Of a stretch of DNA of 64,000 bases, positions 56,009 to 64,000 are shown piece by piece. Position numbers and translations under genes: made by a program. The first letter of the stretch is position 1; every line of letters starts with the position of its first letter. Source of the stretch: the human T2T-CHM13v2.0 reference genome, Homo sapiens; the NCBI RefSeq assembly GCF_009914755.1, contig NC_060931.1; one strand, 5' to 3'. The notes beneath the pieces were generated by a model that was given only the letters and a program-made list of their open reading frames with translations, was not told where the DNA came from and did not search any database.

Positions 56009-57309
56009 GTTATTGAGAACAAGATATTCATCACATAGTCTCAAAGTATGCACCTATAAATTACTAATTACAAAGATAAGAGCATAGTATTACAAGGAGC
56101 ACTCTGGCATATGCCAATTTAATGAAGTGATCTAATTTAGCATCAGCAATAATGAAACAAACTGAAATAATTTTGTTTTCCTGATATGATGTAATAGGAA
56201 GTACACAACATCATCTTACCAATAGTATGTTTACCCTGAAGCTAATCATGAAGAAAATATCACATGAATCCAGACAAATTCAGATTATGAGGCTCTCCAA
56301 AAAATGTTAATGCCATTAACAACAACAACAAAAAAGCCAGTGGTGCTGTTTTTTATTAAAGAGACAAGACAGCCAACAGAAAAGCATGATCCCTGATTGG
56401 TTTCATTGGTTTCAGTCAGGGGAAATCAACTTACATAAACAACATTTTGGGGAACAATAAAATTTTGAGTATGAACTGCACCTTAAATAATATTAATGTA
56501 TCAATACGAAATTTCTAGAGAGTGAGACTAAGAATTTTCTTGTATATAACACACACAGGAATCTTTATGTAAAGGTTTGAAATGTTTCAATAAAAAAATA
56601 GAAATTTTAATCCCAAATTGAAAGGCATACATTTCACTCCAAACTGACGTTTAATACCAGGCAGTAGAAGAACTCATCATTGGTTAGTCATTCTATATCC
56701 CTGCTTTTAAGGAGGACAAGATCAAGAAAACCAGAGGGACTGTGTGTGTCAACTACCTCACTGTAGTTTTTCAACAATTCAGAAAAGAATTACATGTACC
56801 TTTAGCAAACAGATGCAGTTATTTCTTTAATCTGATAATAGTAGCAAGCAATAAAATAATCTATGAGAAAGATGTTGGCTTAAAAAATATAGATATTATC
56901 TGTTTGAAATCCGCATCTAATGAATCTTTAGAATATTTGCAGTGCTATGCAAAGACTATTAAGGGAAGGTATACAGGAAATGGATAATACTGTAACAATC
57001 TGCAGCTGTCTCATATGTTATATAAAGAATGAACTCATAACAGTGAGAAAAGGGTATGTAGTGCCTTTATGAATACTAAAAAAATAGGTCAAATTCCTGG
57101 AATATGTATGACTTGGTTTTATTATAATTATGAAACCCTTTAACCTATTATTCTTTTAAATACAAGCAGAAATACAAGACATTGCCATTACCAGTTAGCT
57201 TTAATAGACTCAAGAAACAAAATAGTCTCTTAAGTTTTATGTAAGTGATAAAATAAACTAAGAGTTCCTCATAGATATAATACTTGAAAAATGGTTTCTA
57301 GTTAGTGAC

Positions 57310-59330
57310 GGTGGAATAAAATCATTTTCTTACTCTCTTCTCTTGAATGCCAATGAAAAGAAAATCAAACAAAAGATAGAAAATGTCAATTTCAAAGACA
57401 CAAACAATCAAACAAAACTTCAAACTTGAGATTATGAAGCATGCATGCCAGTTGCTGTAGATAAGTCAAAATGAAGAAGGAACCAGAGAGATGACACCTT
57501 AGATCATTAGGAAGAAGTAAATTGCTCTTAAAACCAATTGTAAGAATTTGCACAAGCTATCTAAGGATTCTTTGATTACAGCTGAGATCTACAGATTAGG
57601 ACAGGCCAGGGAATGTTCAACATTGCAAAATGACAAAAAAAAAAAAAAAAAAAAAAAAAAGAAAAGCTGAAGGAAAATCATAAGGAATTGATATTTATGT
57701 TGTTTAAGAATTAGCCCCTGAGTGTGGGGCAGACTACTGGAGGTAAAGTGAGATGAAGAAAAAAAAAATACTGAGAATGCTAGGATTCAACACTGAAATG
57801 GCTTAAATAGCTTTACTGGTAGCCATACTAAGCTTCTGAATGATGCAAATTTTGAGAACAGATGTGCTCCCAAGGTAAAAAGAAGTAACAAACTGGTCAA
57901 TGGTTATTGTAGACAACAAACCTAAATTAAATTGCAGACTGCTTCAGGTATCTCCCTTCAGCCATGCCTACACTATTCTTCAATGAATAGCTAGCACTTT
58001 TCAATGATGAATAATCATCAGAAACAAAGCAACAATAGACTTAACATAGACACTGGGGAGGGTGGCAGGAAGGAGGAAGAAAGGAATATAAGCTAAAAGC
58101 AGTGATAAACATATATCACCAAAGAAAGAATAGAAAGGGATACTCAGTTTTCCACTGTCTCAAATTACTGGAATACTCACTGGAAAAATATTATAGAAAT
58201 AAGGACCATATTAGAAAAAACACAAGTTATAATAAACGAGAGTGAAAACATAGTAACACATGTGAAATAGGCAAGAGGAAATAATACAAAATGAAGTAAA
58301 ATGCAAAGATACTGGAAGCAAAGTGAAAAAACTCCAAGCAAATATTAAGAGAATCAGACTTCCACATCCATGACACCCTCTCTCCCACAGCATGCCCAGC
58401 ACCAAGTGCAAGAAGATACTAGACATGGAAAACAGAGAATATCTGATATATGCATAAAGTTCTTGAAAAGAACAAATGGAACAGGAAAACATTCAATATA
58501 CAATGGAAGAAAACTTTTCTATAAAAGGGAACATACTTTAACACACATACACACACAAAAACTGACACACAGCGTTCAACTGAGACATATCCTAAAGAAG
58601 TCACTGAACTTCAAAGATAAAGGAAAAACCATTTGGACAGTCAAGAAAAAGCAAGTCAGGTAGTGTGGGATAAAAATCTGATTAGTCTCATAATTCTCTA
58701 ATACAACACTAAAACCCAGCAGTTGGTAAAGCAACGTCTGATGGTAGATGGGACCCTCCATTTTCCGTTCATATGAAGGGACTTCAGCTAAAGTAACTTT
58801 CTTGCCTTCTTTCCCTACCTCTTATCCAATTCTCCCCATGTGAAGAGGAGTGAGTGATGAGTGAATCTGAATAAGAAACTGAGCCTAATTGGCTCAGTCT
58901 CTTCCTTTCTCTGTTGTTGAAGCTTTGCATATATAAAAGGTGCATTCTGACCAACATTCTACCAGTGGTAAGTATAGTGGGAAAGGCTGAATTGGGAAGT
59001 AAGTTTAATTTTGAGGTGATATATTAAAAAATCCATTTGGTCATAAATCTAAGCTATGCCTTTCGGTGTATTTTTTTTTAACAGTAATAAAACTAACATT
59101 ACAATTGTCACCTTTTTTGTCTCCTACATTTTGTCTCATTTTCCAATTCAGTGGGGGAAGAAAAACATTATTTATTTGGACACATACAGCTACAAAATTC
59201 TAAGGGAAAGAAAGTGTAAATAAAAATTTATACCTGGCCAAATCATTTAAGCATAAAAGCAAAACACACCACCAACTACACAAGGACTCAGAAAGCACAG
59301 TACCCATAAAACATTTTGAAAAATCAACTA
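57310..59330 (+). mobile_element. Ancient L1ME/HAL1-like ORF1-region fragments
   Basis: Purine-rich degenerate ORF1-like tract (tcactgaacttcaaagataaagg, taaaaatctgattagtctca), interrupted at ~58740-59185. Confidence 0.45.
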
Positions 59331-59379
59331 GATTATGATATCCAGCCAAGGGAGAGATGAATATAGAAATGGAGAGGTC

Positions 59380-59975
59380 TGGTACAACCTCTATGGAAAA
59401 TAGTACAGAGATTTCTCAAAGACCTAAAGTACATCTACCATTCGATCCAGCAGTCCCACTACTGGGTATCTACCCAGTAGTCATATATCAAAAAGACACC
59501 TACATGTGTATGTATATCACAATGTAACTCACAATTGCAAAGACAGGTAACCAATCTAAGTGTTCACAAAACAATGAGTGGGTAAAGAAACTGTTGTGTA
59601 TATATATACACACACACACACACCATGGAACACTACTCAGCCATAAAAAAGAATGAAATAATATCTTTTGCAGCAACTTGGATGGAACAAGTGGCCATTA
59701 TTCTAAGTGAAGTAACTGAGGAGCAGAAACTTGAATACCATATGTTCTCACTTATAAGTGGGAGCTAAGCTATGGGTACAAAAAGACAGAGTGGTATAAT
59801 GGACATTAGAGACTCAGAATGGGAGAGTAGGAGGGATGTGAGGGCTAAAAAACAGCATATTAGTACAATGTACATGACTCGGGTGACCATCCACTAAAAT
59901 CTTAGACTTCACCACTATACAATTCATCCATGCAACCAAAACCCACTTGTACCCCTAAAGCTACTGAAAAAAAGA
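59380..59975 (+). mobile_element. L1PB/L1MA 3' end
   Basis: gtacaacctctatggaaaatagt...catccatgcaaccaaaacccacttgtacccctaaagctactg. Confidence 0.88.
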
Positions 59976-61009
59976 GAAAAGAAATGCAGAGGTCATATTA
60001 AAAGAACCAGAGATTAAAATAATTTAAAAATAGAATAAAATGTAAAAAACATTAATCATTCAAAAATAACATAACTAACAACTGGCAAATGAGGATGGGG
60101 GGCGGGAAGGGAAAAGTATAAGTATGCCTATTTCCCACATTTAGTAGTAAAGACTCAACAGACTTAGTAACAAATGACTTCAATTTCTTATTTTTTTTAA
60201 ATCTTTCATTCACTACTTTTAAATTTGGAGGTATCAATTAGGATCTAGTATTTCTTATGAAGAAGCATTAATTGGAAATTCATTAAGTCCTTGATGTCAC
60301 ATAAATTTCTAATTATTCTGTTGAATGAAAGTAAAATACTTTTTATTTTAAAAAGTATACTTCTAAAACTGGTGGGGCTAAACTATGGTGCTTAAGTTCA
60401 CACATATGAATGATAAAACTATAAAAAGAAAAACACAGGAAGTTATCAATATAAAAGTGAGGATGACAATGGTTATATATGAGAGAGAGAGGGGCTGGTT
60501 GTGATTGGTACGGAGTACATAAACAGGTTTCTGGATCGCTGGTTTAGCCTAGGAAGTGTTCACCTTATAATAATTCATTAAGCTACATGTTTATGTTTTT
60601 CTTTAAGTTTTATAATAAAAAGGTATTTTTAAAAAGCATGTATCTTAAAATTCCATTTATGCCTCTCCATTTACCCTTCTATAACATATAATGCACAGAT
60701 AAATGTATGGACTACTTTTCACTGTATAGTAACAACTACAGTATCTATCTGGGTGATGAAATTTGGATATTCTGTGTTGTCTACTTTGCTTCATCATCAT
60801 CTTTCTTCACTGTTTGACTTTCTCAACATTTATGTTTTATTGTTAAATATTTCAGGCATACAAAAAAGCATATAGAATAATGTTATGAACACTAACCACC
60901 AAGCTTTAAGAAATACAACACTAAATAAAGTGAAGTTTCCTTGTACTCTCCTTTGCTGGTCTCATTTCCCTTGCTCTCTCAACAGATGTAATGGTATCGG
61001 GTTTTGTAG

Positions 61010-61134
61010 TTTGTTTTTAAGAGACAGAGTCTTGTTATGTTGCTGAGGCTGGATTCAAACTCCTAGGCTCAAGTGATCCTTCCACCTCAGCATCCCAAGT
61101 AGCTGGGATTAGAGGCATGTGTCACCATGCCCAG
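61010..61134 (-). mobile_element. FLAM Alu monomer
   Basis: Single antisense arm. Confidence 0.85.
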
Positions 61135-61413
61135 CACTGGTATCTTAAATTTGTTGATCATTATTCCAATGTGCGTATTTACACTGTTAGTACATATGTG
61201 CACATGCAAAAACAATTTAATATGGTCTGTCATATTCTTAGGCTTTAAATTGGTATCAGGCTGTATGTATGTATCTGTAACTTTTTCATGTGCTGTTTTT
61301 GACCATTATCTATACTGGGAAATTTGTTAATTTAAATGCTGTGTATTAATCCCCTTAATAAACTAGTTTATCCATTGCTTGTACTTTTTCACTATTTGTA
61401 AACAATGAGGTAA

Positions 61414-61725
<312 letters not shown>

Positions 61726-62541
61726 AGGTAACAAAAATTCTTACATATACATGCCAGATTTTCCTTGCAGTATATTCTTAGAAAGTATAACATCATAAGG
61801 TGAACACATTTTCCACCTTAGAGATAAAATTGATAAAATTGAGTAAAGTGAATTTTATTCTCCTTGCATAGTTTACAAGAGTTTCTGCTCTTGTCCAGAA
61901 CTTAGTTCTGTCTTAGATTTTGCCAATCTGATGATTAATTTCTATTTCCTTAATAACTAGTTCATCCTCCAAAAAGAGGCTGAATATCTTCTCACATGCT
62001 TATTGAATGTGTTCTTCTGTGACCTGCCTATTCATATTCTTTATCCATTTTTTTCTCTTGGGTTGTTTACCTTTTTCTTATTGAGTTACAGGCTGTTTAC
62101 TTTTTATACTTAAAATTGTATTATTTATATTTATATATGTGCGTGTGTGTATAATTTTTTTTCTCTTCTTAGGAAGTCTCAGATTGAAAATGAGATCATG
62201 CACCATCACACTCATGAATGCGACTGTCAATCTCCTGTGTAGTGGTTGTGTTAGATACTCAACAGCTGTGAGCCATTCACTCTCAGAAACACACACTGAC
62301 AGAATCCTATTATTTTTAAAATTTTGAAATAATCTTACACTTATAAAAAAATTGTAAGTATTGTAAAAAAAAATTTTCCCTGAACCACCTGGAAGTTACT
62401 GACCTCATGCCCATCATTCTTGAATATTTTAATGTGTATTTCCAACAAACAAGGACATTCTCCTACATAACTTCAATATAAACAAGATCAGGAAACTAAC
62501 ATTAATACTGTCTATAAAACATTTTAAAATATAAAATAATT

Positions 62542-62839
<298 letters not shown>

Positions 62840-63324
62840 TTTATATATATATATATACACACACAATAATTGTGATTATGCTTTTAAAGAAAATAATAAA
62901 GAACTGATGCTTAAGGTTTCTGTGTTAAATCATGGTATCCACTTGTCAACACATGGTAATAAGGCAGCTTTTTTTAATTCTCTCAACAAAAGAGGCATAC
63001 ATTAGGATTGACAGCACATGAATAACTGCTTTCATTTTTTTCCCCATTCTTGACGACACAAGGGGGAATGAGATTAAACTGCTCCTGGAAATTTAAACAT
63101 TATATCAAACTTTCTGAGAATAATTGCTGGGAAAAGCCAAGAGTAAAATCTCCTCTGGCAAGTTCTTTACAAAGATCTCTTTCTGGAATAGTTTCAATAC
63201 AAACCTATTCAGAGGCTAGGCCTAACCTTTAAAAATCTCTTTAAGACCTAAGATTCTTTCATCTCTTTTTATCCAGTACAACTTAAAAGTTATATATATT
63301 CAGTATTACGTAAGGTCACATTTA

Positions 63325-63480
<156 letters not shown>

Positions 63481-64000
63481 ATTAACAATCTAAAAAAAAT
63501 TAAAAATTAATAAATAGCCACTTTTTTTCCTATTAGCTATGGATCAGGAACTGTTATTAATTCAATATGAGTTATTCCATCAACCCTGTGATGGATCAGA
63601 GTGCCTTCAACAGAAAAATGGGAGGAGAAAAACCAGAAACATTAACTATAGATAACATTTTGGGAAATTTTCCTGAAGACTGAAGAAATAACATGCAGGT
63701 AGTAGAGCTGAAGAAAGAAATTAAGATATATTTATTTAATTGGTTTTAAGCAAAAGGAGATACAATAACACAACTATATGTGAAGGGAAAGAGATGCAAA
63801 GAAAGAAACATTGTCAACCTGGTAGAAAGAAGGCATCTGCTAAAGCAATACCTTGTAGTGATGGGATCTAATACAACTGCAGAGTGCTTGGTCTTTGCTG
63901 GGAGAAAGCATAGTTCATCCTTACCAACAGGAAGGAAGAATGAATATAAGGGGAGAAACAGAGAGATGGAGTGGCAGCAAGTAAGTAAGGATGGACATAA

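Noticed and set aside
56753-56760. let-7 8mer match CTACCTCA
   Set aside because: Intronic, antisense to the host gene and expected by chance in 64 kb.

Overview
Human (primate) genomic DNA, AT-rich and mostly transposon-derived, lying entirely inside the COG5 gene on the minus strand. Three internal COG5 coding exons are present: 54346-54458, 54071-54148 and 16479-16560. They splice in frame to [91 protein letters not shown] and are probably exons 9-11 (numbering from memory). The rest is intron: about 30 Alu elements and monomers (including a human-specific AluYb8), many L1 fragments mostly antisense to COG5, L2/MIR, MaLR/ERV LTRs (a MER52 nested in a MER21-like LTR), Tigger1, Tigger3a, MER5 and MADE2. 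Nearly all ORFs in the supplied track are repeat-derived or spurious. I see no evidence for a new multi-gene system. The best leads are: (1) an ~800-bp poly(A)-tailed retrocopy of the SPATA16 3' end whose first ~380 bp are not SPATA16 coding sequence, possibly a fossil of an unannotated isoform; (2) an inverted Alu pair bracketing the two close exons, predicting a 191-nt circRNA with a 118-codon wrap-around ORF; (3) several templated-insertion or fold-back scars. Repeat subfamily names come from recalled consensus sequences and repeat boundaries are approximate.
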